From an uncultured delta proteobacterium (GTDB lineage: Bacteria; Myxococcota_A; Polyangia; Polyangiales; Polyangiaceae): 64,000 nt of DNA. Positions 55,092 to 64,000 of this stretch are shown here, one piece after another (position 1 is the first letter of the stretch; each line of letters starts with the position of its first letter). The stretch spans positions 64,001-128,000 of the forward strand of contig CAVOKF010000002.1 in the NCBI GenBank assembly GCA_963696385.1, in the 5' to 3' direction. Position numbers and translations under genes: made by a program. The notes under the pieces were generated by a model. That model was not told the DNA's origin. It did not search any database and saw only the letters and a program-made list of their open reading frames with translations.

Positions 55092-55220
55092 TTCCGGTCC
55101 GCACGGAACGCTCCCGAGCCAAGTTTGCTGGCCCGGTCGAGGCCATCTCCGTGCTCGGCGGCCTTCATCATGACTACCGCGCCGCTGCCTGATGCCGGCG
55201 GACAGCCCAAGGAGCCAGGA
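55092..55220 (+). mobile_element. rve element 3'-end fragment
   Basis: Inverted near-copy of ~5992..6116. Confidence 0.75.
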
Positions 55221-55286
55221 CAACGGGCGCGTGAGCCGACGTCGCCGCTTTTAGAGAGCAGATCGCGTGCCGAAGCGTTGTCGCTG

Positions 55287-55449
55287 CGGCTCCGTCCAAG
55301 TGGACGATTGAGCAATTGCGCCGATACGCGCCTCGACGCTAATCGCACGCGTCACGGGCGCCGTCGCACAATCGCCTATTATTTATGTTACTGCGGCGGT
55401 TTTCCCGGTCTCTTCGTCGGCCGATGCGCTTTGAAGCCGCTATTCGCTC
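55287..55449 (-). repeat. oriIS/dif-like repeat, copy 14 (type B right flank)
   Basis: Plus strand TTATGTTACTG..GCGCTTTGAAGCCGCTATTCGCTC; flank homologous to copy 4. Confidence 0.85.
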
Positions 55450-55451
55450 CT

Positions 55452-55530
55452 GCGATGTCCAAAGTGCCACGGCCGACTGCGGGTGCTCGCCGTGATCACC
55501 GAGCGCGAGCCCGTGCGCCATGTTTTCGTG
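55452..55530 (+). pseudogene. ISCR/IS91 transposase C-terminal fragment
   Basis: RCPKCHGRLRVLAVITEREPVRHV. Confidence 0.55.
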
Positions 55531-55666
55531 CCCTCTTCCGGGCGCGCCCCGGGCCCTGGGCGGCGGCGGCGCAGGATCCCAGAGCACCCACTTTACCCGC
55601 GGTCAGTGGCGTGCAATCACTTGAAATCGCCTCTGGCGGACTCCTCCGATAGTCCTGACGCCGACG

Positions 55667-57343
55667 ATGTCCGCCACGGTCCTCCTAGCCCACCGTTCCT
55701 ATACGGCGGTCCGCGGAACGAGCGGCTCCGGTATTGACGCCACGCCGAGCCGATGTTCGACTTCCCAGTCATGCTCTAGCCCGGCCCAGAAGCCGGAATT
55801 TGGCGTGCGGGAGGCGCCTGTCGAAGTGCGCGAAGGCGATGTCGTCGCAGGGTACCGAATCGGCCAATTGCTCGGTTCGGGGGCAATGGGAACGGTATTT
55901 GCCGCACAGCACATTTTGCTGGACCAGAAGGTCGCCATCAAGTTCTTGGTCACCGAGTCCGCACCCTCGGACTCGATTGCTCGCTTCGTGCGCGAAGCCA
56001 GGGCCACGGCGACGATCAAGAGTCCGCACGTGGTCCGTGTCCTCGACGTCGCGCTTCGTGACGGAGGGGCGCCGTACATCGTCATGGAATATCTGGAGGG
56101 CTGCGATCTCGCGTCATGGCTGCGAACTAGGGGGCCGCCGGGCGTTCACGTCGCAGTCGACTTCGTCTTGCAGGCTTGCGACGCAATTGCCGAGGCGCAC
56201 CAACTTCAAATCATTCATCGCGACCTAAAGCCGGCCAATCTCTTTGCCGTCCACCGGGGTGGGGCCGTCGAAGTCATCAAAGTCCTCGATTTCGGAATTT
56301 CAAAGGCGGCCGGGCTCGTGTCCACGACTGCACCACCCGGCATCTGGCGCCCGGGCGCGATCGTCACCGAGGAGAAGATCCCGTTCGGCTCACCCTGCTA
56401 CATGTCTCCCGAACAGATGGAGTCGGCGCGCGACGTCGACATCCGTACGGACATCTGGTCGCTCGGCGTCACGCTCTTCGAACTCATCACGGGCACGTTG
56501 CCCTTCCAAGGCCAGTCCCTCGTTCAAGTCTACGCGACCATCAAGTCCGGACCAAAGCTCAGCCTGCCGCAGGGGTCCCCCCGCGGCCTCATCGACGTCA
56601 TTCGGCATTGCCTCGCCACCGAACGCAGCCAACGTTACGCGACGGTCGACGAGCTGCAGACGGCACTGGGTCCGTTCAGCTCGCCCCGAAACACCGTCCG
56701 GACTCGACGTGCAAGACGTAGGGATAGCGGTTCGGAGACGCCATCTCCCGAGGGTCGATCGGAGGTTGTTACCCCCAGTCCCCGCGTGGTCCGGGCGAGC
56801 ACGACTCCGGATGCCACATTGATCTCCGCAAATCCTGTTGTGCCGATTTCGAAGCGAGATCCCCTGGTGACTTTCGCTATTGGACTTTTAGCGGTCCTTG
56901 CCGTGGGTGGTCTTGTCGGCCTCATATCGACCCGCAAGACTTCCAATCCGTCCTCCCTGTCCCCGCTCGGATCGCTGGAGCCTTCCACAAGGCTCCGCGC
57001 GCCGTTCGGGCGTGTCGAGGAATCCTTCCCGGCTGACTCTGGCCCTCGTCTTCCAACCACCGTCAACGATCCGGGCCCTTTGCGGGAACCGACGCATTCC
57101 TCTAGCGTCCCCCGCGCAAAGGCACCCGGACCCGATTCGTCCCGCGCGTCCGCACGACCGCCTGCGCCCGGTTCGATGACACCGTCGAACTTCGTGACGT
57201 CCTCGGCCGCCAACAGCGTGCGGGCCTCCGCGACTGGCACTTCCTCGGTGCCCCCGAGAGACGCCGACTCCGCGTCGGACGCCGAGGCGCGGCCCGCAAC
57301 ATCGTCAGGAGAGCATTGGTTTCCTCCGGACGTTCCCAGGTAG
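55667..57343 (+). CDS. Ser/Thr protein kinase with TM segment (true start possibly ~55805)
   Basis: LGSGAMG, VAIK, HRDLKPAN, DFG, YMSPE, DIWSLG. Confidence 0.92.
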   Translation: MSATVLLAHRSYTAVRGTSGSGIDATPSRCSTSQSCSSPAQKPEFGVREAPVEVREGDVVAGYRIGQLLGSGAMGTVFAAQHILLDQKVAIKFLVTESAPSDSIARFVREARATATIKSPHVVRVLDVALRDGGAPYIVMEYLEGCDLASWLRTRGPPGVHVAVDFVLQACDAIAEAHQLQIIHRDLKPANLFAVHRGGAVEVIKVLDFGISKAAGLVSTTAPPGIWRPGAIVTEEKIPFGSPCYMSPEQMESARDVDIRTDIWSLGVTLFELITGTLPFQGQSLVQVYATIKSGPKLSLPQGSPRGLIDVIRHCLATERSQRYATVDELQTALGPFSSPRNTVRTRRARRRDSGSETPSPEGRSEVVTPSPRVVRASTTPDATLISANPVVPISKRDPLVTFAIGLLAVLAVGGLVGLISTRKTSNPSSLSPLGSLEPSTRLRAPFGRVEESFPADSGPRLPTTVNDPGPLREPTHSSSVPRAKAPGPDSSRASARPPAPGSMTPSNFVTSSAANSVRASATGTSSVPPRDADSASDAEARPATSSGEHWFPPDVPR

Positions 57344-57416
57344 CGCAGAGACTCACTGATCGCATTTTTCCAACGCGAATCCCTTTCACATCCACTTTTG
57401 CGCCCAGGCTCGAACG

Positions 57417-58337
57417 ATGGCCTCGATCCGCGAATCTGCAACTGGCAAAACCTTACCTCTCGAGCCCGATCACGTCGTGGGTCGCGCACTGACTTGCGCC
57501 TTGCGTCTCGCACCGCCCTACGTCTCCGCGCAGCAGACACTTCTTCGATGGACCGGTGACCGCTGGTGCGCGCGCGATCTCGGCAGCAGCAATGGGACAT
57601 TCGTCGATGGGGTACGGATAGCAGCCGGTGAGGAATACCCGCTCCAACGCGGCTCACGCGTGGCGTTCGGCGACCTTGGAGCGGACTGGGAACTCGTGGA
57701 CGACGGCCCGCCTCAGGTGATGGCCATTCCCCTCGATGGGGGTACACCGCTCATCATCGATGACGAATTGCTCGCGCTGCCGTCCGCGGACGACCCACAA
57801 GCAACTATTTATCGCGGACTGACGGACGACTGGCTCCTCGAACAGCACGACGAATCCGTCATGCTTCTCCGGCACTTCGTGGTGTTCGCATGCGCCGGCC
57901 GCATGTGGCGCTTTTGCTGCGGACAAACGGTGGGCAGAACCACACGCGCCTCTCTGTCACCTATCGAAATGCGCCTGGGTCACATGGAGCTTATATTCAG
58001 CGTATCGCTCGATGAGGAGCACGTGGGCCTCCAGGTACGGTGCGGCGGCCGCAGCATCGACATGGGAGTGCGCGCTCACCATTATCTGCTTCTGACTCTC
58101 GCTCGCCAGCGGATCCGTGACGCCCAAGCCGGCCTTCCGGAGGCGTCATGCGGCTGGATCGACCGCGAAGACGTGGCACACGATCCTCGAATGGCCTCTC
58201 CTCAACTGAACGTCGACGTCTTTCGCATTCGAAGGCAGTTCGCCGACAAGGGCGTGGTCGACGCAGCGACCCTCGTCGAGCGCCGCCCGCGACAGCTTCG
58301 CATCGGGACCGGCAGAATCTCTATCGAGCGGTCGTGA
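57417..58337 (+). CDS. FHA-domain protein
   Basis: VVGR, VSAQ, RDLGSSNGTFVDG. Confidence 0.85.
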   Translation: MASIRESATGKTLPLEPDHVVGRALTCALRLAPPYVSAQQTLLRWTGDRWCARDLGSSNGTFVDGVRIAAGEEYPLQRGSRVAFGDLGADWELVDDGPPQVMAIPLDGGTPLIIDDELLALPSADDPQATIYRGLTDDWLLEQHDESVMLLRHFVVFACAGRMWRFCCGQTVGRTTRASLSPIEMRLGHMELIFSVSLDEEHVGLQVRCGGRSIDMGVRAHHYLLLTLARQRIRDAQAGLPEASCGWIDREDVAHDPRMASPQLNVDVFRIRRQFADKGVVDAATLVERRPRQLRIGTGRISIERS

Positions 58338-58472
58338 GACTCACCGCCCGGGCCCACCCCTAGCCTTCTCAAATACGGAACGTTCTGTCGCCCGACCCGG
58401 CACTCACGGACGGGCCGGTAAGCCGCCATCGTCAAGCAGGAAACCAGCGCCGAGGTCGACGCCGTCAGCAGC

Positions 58473-59393
58473 TCATTCACAATCTATGCAGTTGTCGCCT
58501 AGGCATAGGAGGATCGCATTTGCGGTACCCGCGCCAAAACTGGTGTCGTACAGGCGCTGCAACACGGTTGACGGATCGGTCGTTTCGAGGCCATTCTCCT
58601 CCTGTGTCGTGCAGGCAGCGCCAGGCTCAGGCCCTAAGGCGGCGCAGTCTTGAGTCGTCTCGGCGCCACAGTAGCAAGGCGTGGCGGCGTTTCCTTCATT
58701 GTAACACGCGGTGGTCGCGTTGAGCACGCAGGTAAGGGCCGTGTAGCACAGCTGCTGCCGGGACTGGCCAGCCGCTGGCCCGGCGTCGGCTACCTGCCCG
58801 CTCAGGTGCTCGCAGGCCGTTCCCGCGTCGACGCACATCTGCTGCGCGCACGCCTGACAAAGGGCACCCTGGGTGCCAAGGATGACGCCCAGCGTGTTGA
58901 TATCGTCGTCGGCGTCCGCCACGGCAGCGTCGACAACCTCGCCGTCGGAGGCGTCGCTCGCGGAATCGAAAACGGACGAGTCGACGCTCACATCGGGCGG
59001 AGCGCTGTCGACCACGGCCTCACCGCCGGACTCAGCGATTGCGTCGCCTGACCATCCGTCGCTTCCGGAATCGACGATTGCGGCCGTCTCAGGTCCGCCG
59101 TCGATGACGTCACCGTTCGAGTCGACTGGTGCATCGCCATCGGCGAAATCGGCGAAGACGTCTCCTGCCGAATCTACCCCAGGCGCGTCTCCCGGCGCCC
59201 CCTCCTCCCCTCCGTCGTCGACCGTCGCATCGCTTCCAGACGCCGCGCTGGCGTCGGAGGCGTCGGACCCGCTATCCAGGCCCCTGGCCGGGCCCGCACC
59301 GGAATCGTTGCCGCTGCAGCCCGCGACCGCGTGGGCAGCCGTGATCCCGAGGGCGATGCACGCGACAAGGCCTGTTCGCGAGGGCGTCCGCAT
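58473..59393 (-). CDS. Acidic Cys-rich lipoprotein
   Basis: VAGC lipobox, DA-rich linker, Cys-rich C-terminus. Confidence 0.7.
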   Translation of the reverse strand: MRTPSRTGLVACIALGITAAHAVAGCSGNDSGAGPARGLDSGSDASDASAASGSDATVDDGGEEGAPGDAPGVDSAGDVFADFADGDAPVDSNGDVIDGGPETAAIVDSGSDGWSGDAIAESGGEAVVDSAPPDVSVDSSVFDSASDASDGEVVDAAVADADDDINTLGVILGTQGALCQACAQQMCVDAGTACEHLSGQVADAGPAAGQSRQQLCYTALTCVLNATTACYNEGNAATPCYCGAETTQDCAALGPEPGAACTTQEENGLETTDPSTVLQRLYDTSFGAGTANAILLCLGDNCIDCE

Positions 59394-59397
59394 TTTA

Positions 59398-60384
59398 CTA
59401 TCTACCTTTCCCTTCGTTGCGGCGATGACCGATAGCGCGCAGGTGCTCGCCAAGATCGATGGTGAAGCCACCGAACGGGCGGCCCACGTATCCGGCGTCT
59501 GCTATCTCGTAGTTCACCTCGAACAACGCGGAATACGGATCGACCGTCCCGGCGAGGTTGATCGTGAACAAACCTTGTCGCATCTCACCCGACTCCACGG
59601 CAAAGCCTTGCGGTGAGTGGGTGCCCCTATCGACCAGGTCCTCAAAGATCCCCTCCGGAATAGCGCCTGAATACATGCGTGGGTTGAGCACCGCAGCCCT
59701 ACCTATCGCGAACGTCACTCGCTCTTTGCCGAGATCGAAGCGTACGCTTTCGGCGGGCCCCCCCCCCTTGACCAGCGATCGCACGGCGATTCGTAAGCGG
59801 ACGCCGATCCCGCGCGTGTTGGCCATGATGAAGCCAAGGTGAACGGTCGAGGCGGGAGCGGAGGTCTTCTCGACGAGGTCGACAAAGTCCGCGTCGACCG
59901 AGGCCTGGGAAATGGTCACCCTGCCCGAGAGTATATTGTACGGCGGTATGTACGGCGGAAAGGAATCGACCGGGCCATAGGCTGGACAGGTGCCATCGTA
60001 CACGGCGATGGCCTGGCAGAGAATACGGCCTACCGCTCCAGGGGTTCCTACGTCCGAGGAGCCGGGCGTCCAGGCTATCGCAGCTGGCTGGCTGGTCCCC
60101 GGTTGTATAGCCGGCGGGCCTCCTATGCTCGGGTCCATGGCAGCCGCAGGGTTGCAGCCGCCCGAGGCGGTCATCAGGGCCGGGCACGAATTTGCGTCCT
60201 GCGTCCACCCCCATGGACACCACCTGAACTGCACGTTTCCGGGCTGAGAGAAATAACCTTGTGGGCTCAGGTTGTGCAAAAGCGCAGTAACCGGCGTCTC
60301 GAGCCCGATCTCCGGCTGTCCGATCCAGCTGATATCCGACACGTCGCAAAAACCTAATTGCGGGAATAAGTTGGTCGTGTTCAT
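59398..60384 (-). CDS. Hypothetical protein
   Basis: 328-aa ORF with RBS, in an apparent operon. Confidence 0.65.
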   Translation of the reverse strand: MNTTNLFPQLGFCDVSDISWIGQPEIGLETPVTALLHNLSPQGYFSQPGNVQFRWCPWGWTQDANSCPALMTASGGCNPAAAMDPSIGGPPAIQPGTSQPAAIAWTPGSSDVGTPGAVGRILCQAIAVYDGTCPAYGPVDSFPPYIPPYNILSGRVTISQASVDADFVDLVEKTSAPASTVHLGFIMANTRGIGVRLRIAVRSLVKGGGPAESVRFDLGKERVTFAIGRAAVLNPRMYSGAIPEGIFEDLVDRGTHSPQGFAVESGEMRQGLFTINLAGTVDPYSALFEVNYEIADAGYVGRPFGGFTIDLGEHLRAIGHRRNEGKGR

Positions 60385-60408
60385 CGTAATCCTCTCCCTC
60401 GTCTTGCG

Positions 60409-61362
60409 TCAGCGATCTTGTGCCACGATGATATAAACATGTGGTTGTTTCGGAGGCGGGTCATAGGTTCGCGGCGGCACCGGAAACGGATCAGGAAGCC
60501 CATTCGTTAGTTCGTCTGTTGTCGCGACGACTGCGTAAACCATGAGATTCACAGGAGTCGCCTCGGCTTGAAAGTCTATCTCCTCGTCCGCGGGCCAAAC
60601 TCCAACAATCCAATAATATGAATTTGTATCCTTGCATTCGAGCTGCGCTGGCGATTCGAGCAGGAGCTCGTCCGTGCCCGCCTGCAGCGTCGATTCGGGC
60701 GTCTCCGCGATGCGTCGATCAGGCTGTCCGTTGGTCTCCGTGTAGAGGCCGAAGCGAATGGGCTCGGGGTTGGGGTCTGAGGTGGCGTTGACGTCGGTGA
60801 ATCCGATACCGGTGACAATGCCGCAGGTGTCAGGCTGGATCTCGATGCCCACAAGATTCCCCGCAATGGGCTGAGTGTCTGGGCCGGCGCCCACGTAGCC
60901 ATATCGTTCGACATCGAAGCACGTCGCGTCCTGGCAAACGCTGAAATCCTGGCACGGGGGGGTGCAAGCGCCGGCGTCACTGGGTTCGCCTTCGGAGGAA
61001 GCGTCGGGCATGCTGCCGGACGCGCCGGTCTCTTCTCCATTGAATGAGTCTGGGGCACCCTCGTCTTGCCGCACAATGTCCGCGGCGTCGACGGAAGCGG
61101 GGATGCACATATGTGCCGCGCATACGGAAGTCCCGGGGGGGAAGCCGGAGGTTCGACAGTCTTTCGCCGTGTCGCACGCCGGCTGGCAGGCGTTGGAAAG
61201 ACAGATCTCGCTGCCGAGGCAGTCGGAGTCCTGGACGCACTCCACCAGAACGCTGGACCGCTGGAAACCGAACAGGTCGCTGCACCCCGCGGCGGGCAGC
61301 AGTACGCCGAGCGACGCGCCCCAGGTCACGGCCGCCCCCCGTGCTCTGCTTGACGTCACCAT
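60409..61362 (-). CDS. Cys-rich lipoprotein
   Basis: AAGC lipobox; CVQDSDC motifs. Confidence 0.7.
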   Translation of the reverse strand: MVTSSRARGAAVTWGASLGVLLPAAGCSDLFGFQRSSVLVECVQDSDCLGSEICLSNACQPACDTAKDCRTSGFPPGTSVCAAHMCIPASVDAADIVRQDEGAPDSFNGEETGASGSMPDASSEGEPSDAGACTPPCQDFSVCQDATCFDVERYGYVGAGPDTQPIAGNLVGIEIQPDTCGIVTGIGFTDVNATSDPNPEPIRFGLYTETNGQPDRRIAETPESTLQAGTDELLLESPAQLECKDTNSYYWIVGVWPADEEIDFQAEATPVNLMVYAVVATTDELTNGLPDPFPVPPRTYDPPPKQPHVYIIVAQDR

Positions 61363-62387
61363 GTCTTCTCCACGGTAAGACCCCACGCCGTTGGCCCGGC
61401 GGAAGGCTCAACGCGCAGGTCTCGGGCGGGCGACGGCAATGCCCGCGCCAACCAAAGGAAGGCCGCGCATGCGAACGAGATTGCCCCGGTCGCAGCAGCC
61501 ACCGACGCCACCCCGGCTTGCCCGTACGCGCGCGATTGGACGTTCAGCCCCTGTCGCGTACAGAAGCGACCCTGACAGTCGGCGCTGTCGTACGTCGACC
61601 GCGCAGATAACGCGAAGCCCGCCGCGACGCCCAGGGCCCCCATTGCCACCGCGCCCATCGTCACGGCAGCGGTTCGCCGGGTGCCCAACCCGCGTGCCGA
61701 GCTTGTGCCTGTGGGGGGAGCGGGCGCTGACGCGCGTGTCGGGCGACTCAGGGGCGCGACCGCCGCCGTGGGCAACGGATCGAGCGCCGGAATTTCGATC
61801 GTCGGCGTACGCTGCGCCTCGACCTCGAGCGTCGTCGACCAGGTTTGCTTTCCCCAGGCGCTCACCTTCACGTCGTGTCGGCCTAAGTCGACAGGCGTGG
61901 GCCGATCGATCTGATGGGCTCCCAACGGCTCGCCATCGAGGCGAATATCGAGAAGGGTCGCGTCGACTGTCTTGTCGACGCGGACGACGATCCAGGCGAT
62001 CGCGGCCTCGAGCTTCGCGGCGCGAGCGCGCGCCGCGCTCTCCCACTCGGACTTGCCGTCCCCGCGGGCAGCGACGGCAGCGGATTGGTACTCCGTCCAA
62101 GCCTGCGCCCTCTTGCCGAGCTTCTCGTAGCAATAGGCGAGATTGAGCATGGTTCCCGCGCCCGGATCGAGCCTCAGACTCTCCTCGAACTCCGCGGCTG
62201 CCGCTTCGTAGGCCCCGCGATCCATCAGCTCCCGGCCCCTTCGGAACGGCTCCCATGCCGCCACCTCTCGGCCGTCGTCCTCGACTCGACTCCGCGCGGA
62301 CACGCTATCCCCCTGCGCCCACGCGACGTCATCGACTACGCCGATGAACACCACCAGACGAACCGCGATCGCGAATGCGCGTGTCAT
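61356..62387 (-). CDS. TPR/PEGA-like exported protein
   Basis: FEESLRLDPGAGTMLNLAYCYEKLG. Confidence 0.75.
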   Translation of the reverse strand: MTRAFAIAVRLVVFIGVVDDVAWAQGDSVSARSRVEDDGREVAAWEPFRRGRELMDRGAYEAAAAEFEESLRLDPGAGTMLNLAYCYEKLGKRAQAWTEYQSAAVAARGDGKSEWESAARARAAKLEAAIAWIVVRVDKTVDATLLDIRLDGEPLGAHQIDRPTPVDLGRHDVKVSAWGKQTWSTTLEVEAQRTPTIEIPALDPLPTAAVAPLSRPTRASAPAPPTGTSSARGLGTRRTAAVTMGAVAMGALGVAAGFALSARSTYDSADCQGRFCTRQGLNVQSRAYGQAGVASVAAATGAISFACAAFLWLARALPSPARDLRVEPSAGPTAWGLTVEKTW

Positions 62388-62812
62388 CACGCGCCCCTTA
62401 TTCTGGAATGCTCGCAGGAATCCGTGCGGACGGCCTGCGAACCGAGGCGCCGTGTGCCCGTCGCTGAGCGGCACCGGCGCGACCCCTCCGGCCGTCGCGA
62501 CCATGGCAATTGCTCCAGCCTTGGCCGACCCCCGCAGGGGCCGCTCTGACGACTCGCGAGAAGATGACGATGGCCGCCATGACCGACACACACTACGCCT
62601 TACCCCACGGCGGGACAGCAGGCGATTTCAGTCGGTTACAGCCTGCGGTGCCCATGACTTCGCGTCGGGCTGGGCGTAGGCCGCCCCCGCCCCTTCTTCT
62701 CAACCCCGACGAAGCCGCTACAACGGCCAGCGCTGGTGAGCCTCATCGAGCAGATGTCGCGCGAGAATCCGCTTTGGAGCTCCAGATGCTCGGCGACTCG
62801 GTGCGGCCCCTC

Positions 62813-62926
62813 GGCGAGTAGTAAGCCCAAAGTGCGTCGGTCGACGAAGAGCCCGCGGAGGCGGGCGCGGAAACATATCGCGTCTTAGGGGCTTCCGTTG
62901 TCACCGAGCCGCGAACCCGATTTGAG
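62813..62926 (+). repeat. oriIS/dif-like repeat, copy 15
   Basis: Full consensus, about 200 bp upstream of the ISCR transposase. Confidence 0.9.
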
Positions 62927-63123
62927 AGCCGACCCCCCTCCCGGCCGGGCTTCCGACACCGAAACGGCAGACATCCGCGAAGTGGAACATGGCGTCGAGA
63001 GGGATCGACTGCGGCGGTGGCCGCGTCACCCTCGAACGTGGCCAGGTCACCCGACGCGGGTTGTTTTTCCCGTGAAATCCAGTCGCATGAGCATGGCACG
63101 AAAATGGGCGTGTTCGAGCGTCC

Positions 63124-63405
63124 GTGGCTGCTCTCGCACCCGCGTACGTTCCCCGTCGCCCGACCGAAACGGTCTTGTACAGGTTGGTGCGCGAGAATCT
63201 GGAATCGTTTCTCGCACACGCGCGCGAGCACTACGAGGGAGGCCTGCCCCATTACGTGGAAGCGGAACTGCGTGCTTATTTGGATTGTGGAGTGTTTGCT
63301 TGCGGATTCACACGTTGCCACTGCGACTCATGCGGCCACGACTTGCTTGTGGCTTTTTCCTGTAAAGGCAGATCTCTCTGCCCCAGTTGCTGCGGCAGGC
63401 GTATG
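63124..63405 (+). pseudogene. ISCR/IS91 rolling-circle transposase N-terminus (Zn-binding domain), interrupted
   Basis: YVPRRPTETVLYRLV..YLDCG..CDSCGHDLLVAFSCKGRSLCPSCCGRRM. Confidence 0.9.
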
Positions 63406-63432
63406 AAGAACGCTTCATGGTGCGTCACCTCG

Positions 63433-64000
63433 CTATGTCCTTGGAATGACGAGAGGGAGTTGGCCGGCGGTTGGTCCTGCACCCGCCCGATCGCGTCTGG
63501 CTCGCACGCGCGTCGTGACTCGCTTGGCGACCTCGTTCTCGAGATCGCTCCTTGCGAAGATCCAAGGGCCGTTTGCGAGGGGGTGGCATGCGGGCACCTC
63601 GTTGGCCTGAGCGGCACGGCGCAGCGTTCTGGTGGATACGTCCATCAGCCCGGCCGCCTCCTCGAGGGATAACCAGCCGTCGGCGCGACGACGCTCGATC
63701 GAGTGCGCGGGGATCCCTCTTGTATGGCGAAGCGAAGCAACCAATGCACGCGTGTAGTTTGCACCGTTCGGCGTTCGGATCCCGGCCTTGCCGAGCCACG
63801 CAGCGATTTCGTGATCGGGAAAGATTCGCGCGAGGACGCGCACGGCTTCGACGACATCCGACGATGTCGTTCGGCCACGCTCCCCGCTGCGGCGCTTCGG
63901 AACTAGCAAATCCGTATGCGCGCCTCCCTTCCAGTGCACGGTGAGCACGATTTCGGAGCGCGCTTCATCGACGTCTGCCCAGATTTGTTCAATGACGGCA
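63433..64000 (-). CDS. Large serine recombinase, C-terminal part (runs off window)
   Basis: IVLTVHWKGGAHT, DHEIAAWL..G.RT..G..YT, terminal HTH. Confidence 0.7.
   Translation of the reverse strand, partial: AVIEQIWADVDEARSEIVLTVHWKGGAHTDLLVPKRRSGERGRTTSSDVVEAVRVLARIFPDHEIAAWLGKAGIRTPNGANYTRALVASLRHTRGIPAHSIERRRADGWLSLEEAAGLMDVSTRTLRRAAQANEVPACHPLANGPWIFARSDLENEVAKRVTTRVRARRDRAGAGPTAGQLPLVIPRT

Noticed and set aside
5058..62926. Repeats as integron attC sites
   Set aside because: No RYYYAAC..GTTRRRY boundaries (one isolated GTTAGGC at 40393), no long hairpin, no IntI, and they do not follow intact cassette ORFs.
5058..62926. Repeats as a CRISPR array
   Set aside because: Too long, dispersed, irregularly spaced and in both orientations; no cas genes.

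Overview
GC-rich, myxobacterial-type (Polyangiaceae-like) accessory region. It is a heavily rearranged patchwork of transposons (IS4, IS66, IS21, ISKra4, many rve/integrase-core elements, ISCR/IS91 fragments, a large serine recombinase), three group II introns (one full length), a decayed integrase-primase-helicase satellite with an iteron cluster, about 8 toxin-antitoxin genes or modules, Cys-rich secreted proteins (FGE-sulfatase, RCC1) and a Ser/Thr kinase-FHA cluster. Many genes are frameshifted or truncated. The main unannotated signal is a ~110-120 bp non-coding element found 15 times, whole or partial. One end reads CTTTG-N6-CTAYTCGC, like an ISCR/IS91 oriIS, and repeatedly abuts truncated genes. 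About 55 bp inside is an 11-6-11 dif-like core, across which the flanks appear exchanged. Two group II introns and an IS4 end lie inside copies, and two copies adjoin ISCR transposase fragments. I propose a non-autonomous rolling-circle/Xer gene-shuffling system; this is inference, untested. All family calls come from motif recognition by eye, and fragment coordinates are approximate.
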